Part shown: positions 23,293-49,263 of the stretch, piece after piece | How positions within the stretch are numbered: position 1 is the first letter of the stretch | Layout of the letters: every line of letters begins with the position of its first letter | Assembly: GCA_964247055.1 (NCBI GenBank) | Contig: OZ176055.1 | Coordinates: 620,001-684,000, forward strand | Direction: 5' to 3' | Length of the DNA: 64,000 bases | Origin: Paragordius varius | Lineage: Eukaryota > Animalia > Nematomorpha | The notes under the pieces: model-generated | What the model saw: the letters and a program-made list of their open reading frames with translations, nothing else | Database searches by the model: none | What the model was told of the DNA's origin: nothing | Position numbers and translations under genes: made by a program

Positions 23293-24789
23293 TTTTATGG
23301 TTTTAAAATTTAAAATGTTTAAGGACCAACTTGAAGTGTTCTGTAATGCTCTTGAAGTGCAAGTAATATATATAAAATTAAATATTTTAGTTTCATTATG
23401 CTTTTGGGGTTTACGATTGATAGAAAGCTATTTTAGCTTTTATGGTAAATGCTCTCGTAAAACGCAAAATTCGCGTTCATTGCTAAATAATTATAAAAGT
23501 TAATTTAAGGGTAACTCGCCCCCCAAGGTTTTATGTGCGGAATATCCATAGATAAAAATATGCTGATAAAATCTTAATAAAATATTTTTATAATTAAATC
23601 TATTTAATTGGCAAAAATTAGTAAACATTGCTATATTGTGTCTGCATTTAACATTCTTATGTTAAAACAGCAAATTATGTCTGTATGTTTAGATATATTT
23701 AGAATACGGCCCGTCAGATTTTTTGATACAAAAATGCGGCAGGTTAAGCTATATATGTCGGACACCCTTCTTATAAAGAAATACAATAATTTCAGAAATT
23801 TAAATTTTTAGATTTGGGTCCCTAAAGTTTCAAACTTTTAAAATAACAAAAATGTCAAAATTCTTATATAAAAAATTAAGCATATGCTAGATATGGCATA
23901 GATTTTAAAGAATGAATACTTTGTATTAAAAATTTATATTTAACGGCGTGTACGTACACATCCTTTTTAAACACTTGGATACAATACATTCATTTCAGTC
24001 ATCCGATCCAAATAGGGGTTGGGAAACTGATTATAAATCAATTATTTTTTATATATGGAACAAATTAAAACCATTATAAAAGTTTAAACTCATATAAAAT
24101 TAATGCATCGAATTCAAAAATCTAAAAAACTTATTATTTATTTTATGGATGAACTTCAAGGAAACATGACATGTGTGAATTAGCTAAACACAGCAATAAT
24201 GCAAAATAAACAACTTTCTTCGTTTATATCAATGTTGATGACGTCGAAGTAGTTGGATATGAAGTCTCTCTCTTTTACTAAATTTTATTTATACATTTTG
24301 GCTTATTTATAAATTTTTATTGGGATGGAGGCATAAATTTTAAACTGGAAGATTCAGTAGTTTATTGGTTCCTAGATACCCCAATTTGAATCGAACAAGT
24401 TAAGCATGATGAAACGTGTAAAAACACTATAAGATATTATTAAACCCCTCTATATGATTTTCAAAATTCTATAAATGAGGATATTTTTGTGGACTGTATG
24501 AAAAGATAATTTTTACGTAACCAAAATTTCAACTTACATTAAAACATTTTTTTCCCTTTTATCAGTTTATCGCCGAATCAATTTTAAACTTAAATATAAA
24601 AAAATGTGCTAAATTTTTCCTATTCTCATTGCTGGCATATATAAACAACACATTCTAATGAAATTAAAATAAATAACCGTCGCAATATTAATCGAATATT
24701 TTCGCTAGTTATTGATTTTTAGAATCACCTGCTTCTTTGGATATAATCAAAAAATATTAATTTATCTTTTAAATTAAGGTTTAGAGTGC

Positions 24790-24987
24790 TCATATAACGT
24801 TTTATGCCGAGAAAAGTCGAAGGCTCAAGAAATCGGGGCAGATATAAAATGCGTTGGATCGATAATTTAACTAGAGAAACCAAATTAACAATGCAACAGT
24901 TGAAATCAATCACACCTAACCGTACAAGTTGGCCTAACTATACTTACGAAATAGCGAAAAATAGACCCCGCTCTTAAAACAACAACA
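24790..24987 (+). mobile_element. Short 3' end of a second RTE-clade LINE
   Basis: Manual translation RKVEGSRNRGRYKMRWIDNL..NRTSW..IAKNRPRS* followed by an aacaacaac tail. Confidence 0.7.
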
Positions 24988-25049
24988 TATATGCCTATAT
25001 ATTTAATACATATATTGGATGCCAAAAGCCTTTAATATTTTATTATATA

Positions 25050-27400
25050 TTCACCTCTGGTAGAAACAACATTTCGAGATGTTCCTTAAACACTGAAAGC
25101 CATGAATTGTTAATTTTATATGATTTTATATTTCACTCTAACTTTTATTAATTTACAGATATAATTTTTACCATTGGACAAATTTTATCTTTAATCAAAT
25201 TATATTTATTTTATTCAGCCTAAAATTATAATGTCCAGTAAATCAATAAATTTTTTACATGAATAAATATGCAAATTCAATTTTCCTCTCATTTTCATGC
25301 ACGAACACACCAAAAACACAAATTAGATTTCATCTATCAATCCACAAGCTTATATTATTTATGAGGGAATTGTTCAGGCAAAATAAATGCATCAAATTTT
25401 AAAAATAATATAATAAACGTTACGTTACTTATACTTTTATAGCAAACTTAATTTAGTTTTTTTGCACAATTGGACCAAAATTTAATTAATTTTGAAGGAA
25501 TTCCGTTGAACTCTACTGTTTTTATGAAATACAAATCGTTTTAAAAGAAGGATCGTAACAAGCATTAAATATAATATATTGAAACGGCGGTATCTAATTC
25601 ATTGCTTACCGTTATTGCCGTGACTGTGATCACTTTTAAGAATAATCATTCAAAAACTCATATGTGTTCAGTTGATCTAAATTATCATAATATATCGATA
25701 TAAAACTGAAATTGTAAAGATATGCGGAATTTTATTAAATTTTTACTATATATTATAACAGTAAAAATTAATATTATACAAACGGAACGTATAAACAAAG
25801 AGTCAAATTTGTTACAAAGACAACCATACTTTTTTAAACCTAAATTTTTTGAACAAAAACACAACAAAAACTGTTAGACTGGTTATATTGTTGCAGTCTG
25901 AAACCCAACCCTACGTTTTCTATAAGATATTAAAAACTAAACAATATTATATAATTCAAAATATCGCCCACATAATTATTAATTGTATTCTCTTATAAAT
26001 CCCAAGTATCATAAATTTTTTTGACTTAGAATTAATTGAATAGATACTAACAAATTGACATTATACTGGCAAAACGTAAAAACTATGAGAATATTTTTGA
26101 AGATACCCACCGTTTGGGTAGCCACATAACGAAATAGGGAAATTAAAGCACTCAAATTTATATTTTACAAAAATGCCATTATTAAATTTAAATGTCTATA
26201 AATTTATACGTTTTGTGTGTAATTGGAATTTTCCCTTTATTCTGCAAATTATTTAAAATTATAAATTATAACGTAATAAATTGTGAGCAAACTATTTCTT
26301 ATACGCTCCTATATAAAGTCGAATGATAAGATAATACGGAAAGCAATGTCAAACACACAGACAAACAATTTTAACAGAAGAATGCTAGGAAATATGAATA
26401 TTTATGACGATGATTAAGTTTGATGCGCAATTCTAATAAATTGGTAATACTGAAAAAATAAGCATCGAAATGATTTTAAAATCAACTTTTAGGCGTATGA
26501 AAACAAATGTGTGTGTCAGAAAATTATTTTTTTATTGTTTTAACCATTAAAATTTATGAAGCAATAATTAAGATTTTTTATGTCATTTAAGTTTAAAATA
26601 AAATTTTTTACAGAGCTTTGTGTCGTAAAGAAACAAAATTCCATAAAAGAGTTTGTTTGATTTTTGTCAGAATTGTAGAAATAATTAATTATCTATTATT
26701 AATTATGATTTAAAAAGAATATATGTTTACATAATATTTAAATTAAGTTTTTTTTAGCTTAATTAGTAAATAATTTTTACCATATATTCTAAATCAATCA
26801 AGATTGTGAAAGATTCGTGGCGAATATTTGCAAGTGTCATTAATTGGCTTAAATATCGCACTTTATAAACTTTATGATTAAATAATTCAAAATCCAGCGA
26901 GAGAAATATTGTCATAATAGATTTATCACATATTTAATTAATCAGTATTACCTTTATGCATTTTAGATATATATCTTGGGAAAAAATTATTACAAAAAGA
27001 AAAATATTACTCGGTAGAGAGGAGAGTGTGCTAAACTATATATCAAATCCATTATATTCGGAATTATGGATTTTCAATTCGAAATTGCAATTCTTAAATT
27101 AGCTGTAAAGGAATTTTTTGGGGGTTATTTTCAGTATATGGATGCAATGCAACGTGCAACTTTTCCTGGAATCGGGAAGTTCGTGAATATCAAAAAATTT
27201 TGATTATGCAGCTTATAAATGCATTCGTTTAGACACAGGGATTATAATCTGTATTTATTTTTTATTATTATCATTTTTTTCATAAGTTGTTGCCAGATTA
27301 ATACAATATCAATATTAAATTCGTCCTTAAGCGGTCTCCTAGGCCAGTCAGATTAACAAAAAAATGCATTTTGATAAAGTAGAGTGTTTACAGTAAAAAC
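25050..27400. repeat. Old direct duplication, copy 1 (vs 28400-31800)
   Basis: Colinear anchors: aattagatttcatctatcaa (25321/28687), ggaaatatgaatatttatga (26388/30021), tgtcgtaaagaaacaaaat (26621/31015), taaatgcattc (27217/31594). Confidence 0.7.
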
Positions 27401-27700
27401 TAAAATTAGACGGACAAAACGTAAAAATCTAAATACAAATATTTTTAAAGGACAACCATACTTTTATAAACCTTTATTTTTCTCATATAATTTATATATT
27501 ACAATTGTTAAATATTGATTGATTGTGTAACCAATATACATATCAATTTTTACTTTGCAATTTATAACAATGAGTTATCTTTTTCAAAATCAAATTTTAA
27601 AAAGTAAGGTTGTATTTTAGAAAAAACATTTGTCTTTATATTTTTAGGTTTTGTCCGTTTAATTTCAATTTTTATTGTAAATATTTTACTTTAAAACACC
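27370..27700. mobile_element. Small palindromic MITE-like element
   Basis: aaattagacggacaaaacgtaaaaat..gacaaccatactttt on the left is inverted against aaaagtaaggttgt..ggttttgtccgtttaattt on the right. Related half copies at about 25790-25860 and 57545-57720. Confidence 0.6.
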
Positions 27701-28399
27701 AAAAATATATAAGCTCTCTTGCATGTTTTCTTGTAATCATGGTTGACGAGATTAACCTTTAAACAAATTAAAAAGTTAATTACAATCGTAATGTATTTAT
27801 CTAACTTGGTACTATTGATTTAAAGAAATAATTTTTACATATTCGCCTAAAATAGCTAAAACGACAAATTAATTAAATTTTAAAATTACTTTTTCAAAAA
27901 TGAATGCAGTGTTTAACGAAAACCTCCCCACATTACACATTTTATGTCGACAGTTAATTTATTTTTTAAACAAAAATAATGCAATTTTAATTATAAAAAC
28001 AATTTTTTTTAATATAATAAACAATGTTCGGACAACCATTTTTTGCTGCTTACAATAATTTTTGGAACTTTTAACGTTAGAATGTGCGCAAAATAGGTAT
28101 CTTTAGTTTTTTTTTTCAAAACCGAAACCATTACATTTTTCTTACGTTTTGAAACGGACTCGCCTGAAATTATTTTTTTCGATATTAGGATATCAGGATA
28201 ATAGTATACAATAAATATCCGTAGCATGAATGTTATAACCATTGTTTGTAAGCTAATCTGTTATATTTTAACAAAAAAATCTTATTAACCGATAATTTAT
28301 GGCAAACGTAACCCTGGTGCCAGAAATTGCTTTTTTAATCAATACAGTCTATTTGGACTCTAATAAAAATAGTTGATGTGTTTTAATATTCTTTTTATG

Positions 28400-30818
28400 C
28401 AGCCCCTCAGGCTATTTGTGTTTTAAACACATCTGATAGAAATAAATAAAAAGTGAGGAAGTTTTAAATATTTACTGAGAATACCCTATTTTTACTATAA
28501 TTTATTGCTATTTATTTAATATCTTTGAGAGATAATTTACAAAAATTTTCTCTCCAAAAATAATATATATTTTATGCTGGAAATTGTAATTTCAGTAAAT
28601 CAATAAACAATAATAAAAATATGCAAATTTAATTTTTCTTAAGCAGTTCTTCTGCTCATGCACGACAACACACCAAACAAAAACCAAATTAGATTTCATC
28701 TATCAATGAAAAATCCTAAATAATTTATGAGGGAATAAAAAATTGCAAATTATAAAAATAGTGTTATTTACGTTTATTCTTACCCTTTTTATAAAGAACA
28801 AGCTATTCTAGTTTATTACACAATTGGATTAAAAAACCATGATTATTTTTGAAGAAACGTTAAATGAAACCTATTATTTTTATTAAAAAAATTAAAACGC
28901 TGTTTTTAAAGTTGAAAGGTGATAACATGAAGTATAATTTTACAGAAGAAAGTAACAGTTAACTAATTGATTAAAGGTTATTGATTACGTGACTAATACC
29001 ACTTTTAAAAATAATCATTCAAATCTCATATGCATGTCAAATAATCAAAATTATTTTAATATGAGTGAATAAAACCTGTATATTATAAATGTACTAATTC
29101 TTAATTATATTACAAGCATTTAACTTCGTTTTTTGTTTAAATACATCTGGGGCGCCTAACATATGCGCTCAAACACACCTTCAACTAATTTTAAAATTCA
29201 AATTTTACGGATTCTAAGTAAAATTCTGAATAATCTTTTCGGATTTTTGGCAATGAACTAGCAAAAATTGAAACTTTTTAATCTTATGTTTATGATCTAA
29301 TATTGTCAATGCCAATATATTCTTTAAATGTGAAGCCCATTGGAAATTTTAGTTCAAAATGCAGATTGCGTAGCCATGTAGGACAACACATGGAATATTG
29401 CTCATGATTGCGAATAAGGACAATTAGGTGTCAGGCCCTTTATTTTTTGCCCCAGTCAAAAATTCAGCTTAATATGAAATTAGGATTTTAAATATAAGAT
29501 GTTTGGATGAAATAGATGAAATTTAATCTTTTTGATTTTATAGGATTGAATAAAATTATATTCGGAATACTTTAGTTTTAAACAATACATAATTTTTTAT
29601 CATAGAAAGAGGTTGTCCACATATATAAAGTTATGCGTTATAATTTCTTGTAAAATGTTTAAACCCTAATAAATTTGATTAAAAATCTTAATCTTTCAAT
29701 TTTGTAGAATACTTTATAATTGCGAGATGTAGTGATTTTAATTTATTTTAGATATGCGGAGATGGATTTTAAGTCACACCAAATTTACACTTTTTTAAAA
29801 CTTTATGGTTGTCAAACATTACAATATTAAAACTTTTACAAAAACTGCAAAAACTTAATTAAAAATTAATTTCTTTATTAACTATCTCTACAAGTTATAT
29901 AAATATAGATTTTAATGAAATTGTAATAAGCTATCTACTTAATGCACTATACTCTCATAAAAAAGCGGATTTGCGGAATGCAAAACACACAGAAAAATCA
30001 TTTTAATAATACGAATACAGGGAAATATGAATATTTATGATGATTAATCTTGTTGCGCAATTCCTATAAATATGGTAATTTCTAAAAAAATAGCATTGAA
30101 ATTATTTATAATAAAATTTTGTCTCTATGGTCATACATGAAATATTAGGGTTTACACTTTTCATCAGAAATAAACGATTTTTTTATAGAAAAAAATATTT
30201 GAATATTTTTTATGATGATTTTAAATTAACTTTTCGGCCTAAAGCAAATAAGCGGAAAATTAAATATTTTATTGTTTTAACCATTAAAAATTTATATATA
30301 AAAGTCAGTTATAATTTAATATATTTATTAAAAATTAAAAAAATTAATTAAATAGGATTAAGCTCTATGAATCCCAATTTTTTTAACTCCAAATTACATA
30401 GTCATGATATGGGCGCAAACTAAAACATTGCGTAATTTATATAGTGAATATATTGATTACAGTTAAATTATTTTTAACGCTCTAATCCAAATTGAGTTAA
30501 CCGGTTATACCAGCCTATCCATAATTTGATATTATAAAAAACTTTTGATTTAGGCGTTCCCAATTTAAATTTATTATTGTTAAAGGTATGAGATATTTCG
30601 ACATTTCAAATTATTATTCTGTTTTTAGAACCATTTATCGTTTAAATTACGGTACGTATGGGATAAAACAATGTTAGTCCAAAAAAGATTAATAATTGTA
30701 TTAAAAAACAACCCTAGTTGTGTATACAGCCCCCTGTTTTTTTTTAACAAAACATTCTTTTTAATTCTATTGACTAACATTGTTTTATGACATACACTAC
30801 TGTATTTTAAAATCATAT

Positions 30819-30876
<58 letters not shown>

Positions 30877-31800
30877 GGATAATCATGATTTATATTACAA
30901 CAAAATTTAAGATGGAATCTAAAATTTGTAAGAATGATATTTCTTCTTTTATAGCTAGCCAAGCAATTCTTTTCATATTAATTTGACTCAAATATAATTG
31001 CTAGAGATATTTGTTGTCGTAAAGAAACAAAATCTATCAAATGAGTTGGTCCTTTGGTTTCTGTCGAAATTGTCAAAATTATTAATAATATTAAACTAAA
31101 TTATTGGACATGTTAATTGATGGATAAAAATATGCTAAGATTATATGTTAAGTGAATTTCTTGCATACAATAGAAAATTAGTAAATAGTTTTTTCCTTAA
31201 ACCCATCTACAATAAAGATTGTCAAATATTCTCGGCGACTATTTAAAAGTGTCATCCATAATTGGTGGCTTAATTATCTAATGCACTTGTCAACTCTATA
31301 TCTTGAAAGCATTTAATATTTTTATCGAGAGAGATTTTGCGCATTAAATATATTATATATTTTAAAAATTATTAATAATGAAAAAATACTTATTGGGTGA
31401 AGGGATATGCTAAACGTGAATTATAATTGAAATGGATTGCCAAAACTTTTAAAAAGTTTTATAAATATATAAAAAAATTTTTTTGAAAATGAGTTACAGT
31501 ATATAAACATATGTGAAGCAACGTACAATTTTTTCTGAAGTTTGAAAGCTGGTGGATTTCTATACGAATCAAATAAATTAAGCAACTAAGTTGTAAATGC
31601 ATTCATTTATAAAGACCTAGCCCGGATTGTAATTCTGTAATACTTATATTCTATTATTCTCAATTTTTTCATAAGTTGGCTGCCTAGCCAGATAAATACC
31701 ATAAAATTTAATTTGTTTTTTAGTTGAGACTCTTAAATTTAAACAGTAAACGGATTAACAAAATAGGAATTTAATAATGTATGATGTCTGGATTTAATAT
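28400..31800. repeat. Old direct duplication, copy 2
   Basis: Colinear with 25050-27400, with extra inserted blocks. Confidence 0.7.
30827..30868. repeat. (AT)n microsatellite
   Basis: Read directly. Confidence 0.95.
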
Positions 31801-32679
31801 TTTTAGTCATTTAACACTATAAATCTATTATTAGATATCACTAAAAATCAATGTTTTATTGAATTTTAGTTGACAAACTTCTAATTCCAAAACATAATGT
31901 AAGTAAATTAAGATTTTTGAATTAATTATGGAATTTACAAAAAACCATATCAAAAATATTTAATGTATATTTTTTATAGTGGTTAACACTATTGAATAAT
32001 AAAAAACCGAATTATATTTTTTCTCTATAATATCTGAAAGATATAGTTTTAAGAGATATTAGAAAATAAAATAGTAAATAATTAATATTAGTGGATTGTT
32101 TTTACAATAATTTATACCAATCTCTTCAAATAAGGCAAGAAAACCGCCATTCTTTTAGGGCAAAACCGGAATCAAGCAACCCAAAACTGTTTTAGAATTC
32201 GGAAGGAACTGGTGACAAAAAAGTGGCATTATAACCGAAAATAACCATGTTTCAATTATTATTACATACAATAAGTATAATGCGTTTTAACTAATTATTA
32301 CTTTTATTGTGAATCTACATAACTCATTAATAAAGTATTTTTTAATCGTTTGGGCTAAATTTTATATACCATTGTAAGAAACACATTTTTAAGGGAATTA
32401 GTGAGAATGTTTTTTTAATAGCAACCGAAAATTATAATTAATTCAACTTATTTGAACTAAAGCTCAGGTATTAAGTTTATAAACAAGTATTCTACGGTAT
32501 TTTAAGTGTATTATTACTGAAAACCCAAACTTTTGCGACCGAATTACAGATCAATTTGGCGATTAATAATAATATGATTAGAAATGATTATTTAGATGGA
32601 TTTTATTGGAATTACAAGAATTTAAAGATAATATTGAACTAAAAAATAAATTATTTAAAATGTGTAAAGATATCTAATT

Positions 32680-33165
32680 AACACTTGGATATAACACATT
32701 CATTTCAGTCCTTCGATTCAAATTGGGGTAGTTGGATATCACCTGTCTTAAATTAAATATTTTAAAAAATATGGAATGAAATGGCACAAATTGCACTTAT
32801 ATAACATTAATAAACCGAAATACATAAAAAGGATCATTCAAAAATACTAGATATAACCGATTTAAAGGTAAAATCTCAGGGTAAATTAGTCAACATGACA
32901 TGTGTGCATGAGCTAAATAAAATAATACAAAATAAACGACTTTTTCTGTTTGAAAATGTTGCAAATTAAAAATGGCGTCGAAGTAGTTTGATATGGAACT
33001 TTTTTTTCAAAACTAATTTTTATTTGGTTCGGCTTATTTATATATTTTTGTTAAGATAAAAGCGTAAATTCAAATTGTTGCCGTTTCTTTCAGTAGTTTT
33101 TTTAAAAATATCAACTTTGAAATAGTCTGGGGTATTTAGATATCCCAATTTGAATCAAACTGTTA
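32680..33165. mobile_element. Third copy of the 8125-8710 MITE-like element
   Basis: acacttggatataacacattcatttcagtccttcgattcaaattgggg ... cccaatttgaatcaaac. Confidence 0.6.
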
Positions 33166-34870
33166 AATGTTAAGGTTTAAAAAAATATTTTAAAGCTAAT
33201 TTTGTATGAAGGTTAATATAGACCATGTATTATGATATAATTATTTCTTTTTGTCGACTAATTGCTAATCCGAATCAACAGTACACAGAAGCGATAAATA
33301 TCTTCTATTTATTTGAGCAAAAGTTAATTAATATAAAATTTTCAACAACAACTTTTCTAAATACAATATAGTAATGAATTTTCCATTATCGTAGGTTTTT
33401 TTAACTTTTTAAGCTCCTTAACGGATTAACGAAAGCCCTGTTAAAAACGCAGAGTTTGGAAAAGGCAAATTGATTTTTAAAAATAATTTTCAAATAAAAA
33501 ACACAAAATCTTTTCAAGCAAAAATTCAAAAATCTGGAAAGTTGAAAACAATAATCACCTTTGAAAGTCTTATTGGAATGATTTTGATTTTTGTACAATA
33601 AAATCAATATATGTACTTAATTAAATTAGCTTTTAATCGTATTCATCAAAAGATTTGTTGATCTCACAAAGAAATTAATGAATTTTTTGCAATAATCCGC
33701 AAAACAAAAATATTTTAAATGAAATGAAAGGAATAAATGACATTTAATCTTTAGATATTTATTATTCATACTAAAATTTTTCAAGGCAGCTAAAAATATT
33801 TTAGGAGATATGAATATTTATGACCTATTATGATAAAAATTTAAACATTTTTGACTAAAATATTTATATACCACCAAGTACATCTCTAATAATGTTAAAA
33901 AAATTTTGATTACAATATAATCAAAATACAAAATATTGGTAAAGTTTTTTAAAGGTTAGGTCTTTATACTTAAATCATTTTACCATTTTTGCATGGATTA
34001 TCCATAATGTATCGTTAAAATATTATCATAAAATAAACTGAATCACAAAAATTAATTTTTAATTCTTAAATATATAGGCAAAATTTATTCTGCCAAAATT
34101 TAAAAAATTGTTTTGTATTGTATATAAAACTAGATATTTTAATGTCGGAAATTTAATTAAATAAAAGAACAAATATTGTTTGGAGATCAAATGAGCCATT
34201 CCTGGTCTTCTATTGTTTTTTATCTCAAAATTTATTTTGTAATCTTAAAAAGATAGTTGCTATATTTTCAACAAAGTTTAATGACAATTTAATTTAATAC
34301 AATAAAATTATTAACCGATTCCTTTTAAATGTGCTCTCGCTGGATGATAAATATAATATTTTATTATTGGAATTTGCGAAATTGGAACGCAAATAAAAAT
34401 GTATATATCGATAATCAAATTAATTTTTGTTCGCGTTATTGCTGTGATAAAATAGCCGGCTAAGCCAACAAAATTTCTGTTTTATTTTTTTTCTCGTAAA
34501 AATAATCTGTATTATTGATGATGAAGATTTATGACAATTATTATTAATTCATCATTGAATATTTGTTACTTACTTGCTTAATTATTTCTTTAAATACATT
34601 TTCTATATCTTGTATCTGACCATTTTTTATGCGTAAATTGATAGATAGATAGATACATTATACGACATTATCTTCTATTGCTTTTTTTGGCAAAAAAATC
34701 ATTAGTAATAATTAAGTTAATTCCTAAGGGATATATCGCTAAATCCTGCCTGATATGGCAAAACTTCACATATATCAAAAAAAATGTTTAAATTTCAAAT
34801 ATTCTCCATATCCTTATATTATTCTTTTTTGAATGGTTTTTAACCTATTTTTAAACTAACCATCAATACA

Positions 34871-45811
<10,941 letters not shown>

Positions 45812-47944
45812 AAAAATGTAAAGGCGCTTACCAATTGTATATTGCATAAAATTTAGATTGTATAATTAGAGTGATAAATGTTATTTTATATTTTTGAATA
45901 TTATATAGTTGCATTTAAAAAAAATTGTTGTGACCCATTATATGTTTAACAAGAATAATAAAATATCGTTAAAATTGTTAAATTATCGATAAAAAACTAT
46001 TGATTAGCGAATAATATTTGCCAGAAAAAATATTTATCTTAAATAATAATTATATATTTTCTGATATTGTTTCCCGTTCCGAATTTGGGTAATAAGCTAT
46101 CTATTCTTTTAACTATGAAATACAGAAAACATGTAAGTAGAAAAACAATAACGATGACATTATTAAATTATAATGATAAATTATCTACAAAAATTAGTAA
46201 CAAAAAACAGAAATTTTAATGGCGCTAAATTGTCTAACGTCCGTATGGTTGAATAAAAATTATAACACAATGATAATTTAATTACATATTTTAACTTTAA
46301 AATGGATTGAGGCAAAACTCTCGCTTAAAACACCTTTCTCCAAAGGCAAAGCTTAAAATCCTTTTTTAATATCCTGCCCCCATTTTGAGACAAGTTAAAA
46401 TTATTACGATTTCCAAGTCTATTAAATTATATCCTAAATTTTTGCATGTGAAAAAAAACCTTCATGTGACCTATATTTTCAAATATGTAAAAACAGGTCG
46501 TCCGCTAGTTTCAAAAAGTCCCTGGTTTCGAAATTAATGAACTGAGGTGTTCCTAAAATTTTGTAATGCATAATCGGGGCGATTTTTTAAAATAAAAATT
46601 TTGAACGGTTACCGAATCGGCTCTACTTTTACACTGAGCTCTGAAACTCTAATATAACTTATGTTATTTTACCAGAAGTTAATTTTATAAATTGATAAAG
46701 TAAATATGTTCTTAAACTATAGTGCTCAAATAATTCATCAGTCTCCAAGTGTTAATTCTTAACATTGCTAATCCGACTTCAATCAGATACTAGAATAAAA
46801 ATGTTATTATACGATCAATTTTTTTAACAAATATCAAATTTTAAAATTATGATGGTCATTCTATTTTGATGAGCAAATTTTATTTGTAAAAAAATAACAC
46901 ATATGGAAACCACTTATTTTGGTTAGAACCGGTTTCTGCTAAAATCTTAAGAATCGCGTTTTCCTATGATTCCGAGTCCAGTTCGAAGCCTGTAAAGTTT
47001 TTAGCTGTTAGTATTTGTAGTTTTTAGGTTTAAATATTAAATTATAGCTTCAAAAGTATTATCTTTCTAAACTAAACCTTAATGTTACAACTACACTATT
47101 GTCATTTACCATATTTTTTTATTTTACTGGTATGCTATTTATTAATCTATCTTATTCCTTGGGTCTTTTTAAATATATAATCTATATTGAAGGAATATGA
47201 TTGAAGCTAAAGGCTCATCTAAATAAAATATCTCGTTGTTTTATGATAAAATATATTTTTCCAAGTAAAACGGATATTTTAATTGAATTTTTATTTTTTA
47301 ACACCAATCAACACTCTGATTTTTGATTCCCATTAAAATGTAAAACTGTGTTTAAACTAAATAGAATATGACATCACAAAATAAGAAAGGACATACTTTG
47401 CTTTTTAAACGCAAAATTTTTGTTAAAGGGCATTATGGATATTTAAGCATGTTTAGTGATGTTTATTAGATGGCTACCCGTCCCCCCCCCCTTCCCCCCC
47501 CCATTGAAATTCTATCATCTATTTCATATAAACTATTCATTCTATTACATACAAAGTAGAACCCAACACTTACAACGATAGATAGGCATCGTTCATTTAT
47601 TTAATTTTATCCATTAGTTTATATGTATATACATTTTTTTATATGAATATTTGTGTCAATATAATTAACCAATTAAATATCCAAATGGTTGGTTATTTGG
47701 GTTTTTTTCACTGCCAGATTTTCGCTTTTTTTGACGGTCAGATCTATTTCGCTTTTTTTCCCTTTTCTTGGCTTTAAATAATTTAAATACAAATAAGTTT
47801 TGATATTAAAATGTTAAAATGTGGAATAAACCTTTATTTCGTTTTTCAATCATCTTAGCCAAACAGATTTTATCGATCCAACGAGTTTTTCCACTATATA
47901 TATTAAATTTGTATTATCTTATCCTTTAACAAATTAGAATTATA

Positions 47945-49263
47945 GCAGTTGTAGTCATAAGTCTTAACCGGTTTTTTTGGTAAAAAACACTAATTTTAAT
48001 AGAAATAAATTTTTTACTTTATTCAGAATATTGTCCATCGGCTTCAACACATTTCCCCCATCTCTTAGGTTAGATATTCAATAAAACTCTTGAGCTTTGC
48101 GGCATACCATTCCTCAAGCCATTTTCCATCTTGATATCATTAAAGTTCTGTCCTGCCATGTTTCCCATTGATGCAAGGAGGTGATAGTAAGATGGCACCG
48201 GAGAGTACGGAGGCGAAAGTAATTTCCATCGAAACGACTGTAAGGTGTCCATCACTGGTTATGCTGTGTGACACAGAATTGTCATGTAGTAAAATCACTT
48301 TACCATGTCTTCTGCCCGTTTTGGTCGTTTTTCGATTAATGCATGGTTTTAATCAGGGGTATCCATATCACATATATTCCTCAGGCTGCTTTAATAGTTT
48401 TATTTATTTTAACCTCAATTTTGGATGATATACGTCTAATTAATACTAAATTTTTGGTTAAAGTCTAATTTTTTTAAACATTTTTTGGAAACTTTTGCTT
48501 ACCGATCCAAGTGTGTTGGACAACCCTGGTTTATAAATCATTTTTGGCGTTGTGTATTTAAGGTTTTACCGGATTTAAAAAATTCATAATAGGATAGATC
48601 TCTTTTTAAAGGGATTAGGCTTTTGTATTAATTAATACCGGTTTGGCAAGGTGGAACCCACAATTTTTCCGCTCTAGATTTACAAAATAAAGCCACTTCT
48701 CAGGACTCGTCTAATTCGATGCAAAATTTGCTTGAGATGGAAGCAAGATTCGACAAATTATTTGGCGTTTAGATTTTGACTGTGAGGGCCGAGTTTATTG
48801 GGTTTTCCTACTGTTTTAGGGGTCTACTCATTATTTTTTTTGTGTCAAAAGAACGCTTCTGCCAATTATGGTTGATAAGTTCAGTCATCATCCAATAACT
48901 CTCAAAGTTTATTCGCAATTGTGTGGTGTACCAAAGTGCCCAATCTCTTTCACGCTAAAATCACAGCTTTTACATTTTCGAAACTTCGTTTCATACGTTT
49001 TAATCGATACATGTTCTCCATATGTTTTTACGAGCGAACGAAAACTAACACCTTTTGTTTCAATAAGAAAGATAAGGCCTGCCTTCGTTTTCAGGCACAA
49101 CAATTCTACATGATTAGTGATTGATAAAATTAAGATGCTACCTTTCGGCAGACCCAAATTGTGTTAAAGTCATATGAAAAAAGGGTCTGCATCAAAATAA
49201 GTGCCCAATTTTTGCTAACGTCTTTTCTTCATTAAACCGGTAATGACTAATGACTACACCTGG
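47945..49263 (-). mobile_element. Degenerate full-length mariner (Mos1-like) transposon, 1.32 kb
   Basis: TA-flanked imperfect TIRs (gcagttgtagtcataagtcttaaccggttt vs ccaggtgtagtcattagtcattaccggttt). Broken transposase: N-terminal KTYGEHVSIKTYETKFRKCKSCDFSV, RRHGKVILLHDN, SPPYSP..YHLLASM, RWGKCVEADGQY. Confidence 0.88.

Larger units (their letters stand above)
15363..24420. repeat. Segmental duplication, copy B
   Basis: Colinear with 1-8720, carrying its own Helitron (19981-20844) and RTE (21520-23292) insertions. Confidence 0.9.

Noticed and set aside
34379-34392. aaattggaacg resembles part of U6 snRNA
   Set aside because: Flanks do not match U6 (no ACAGAGA box).
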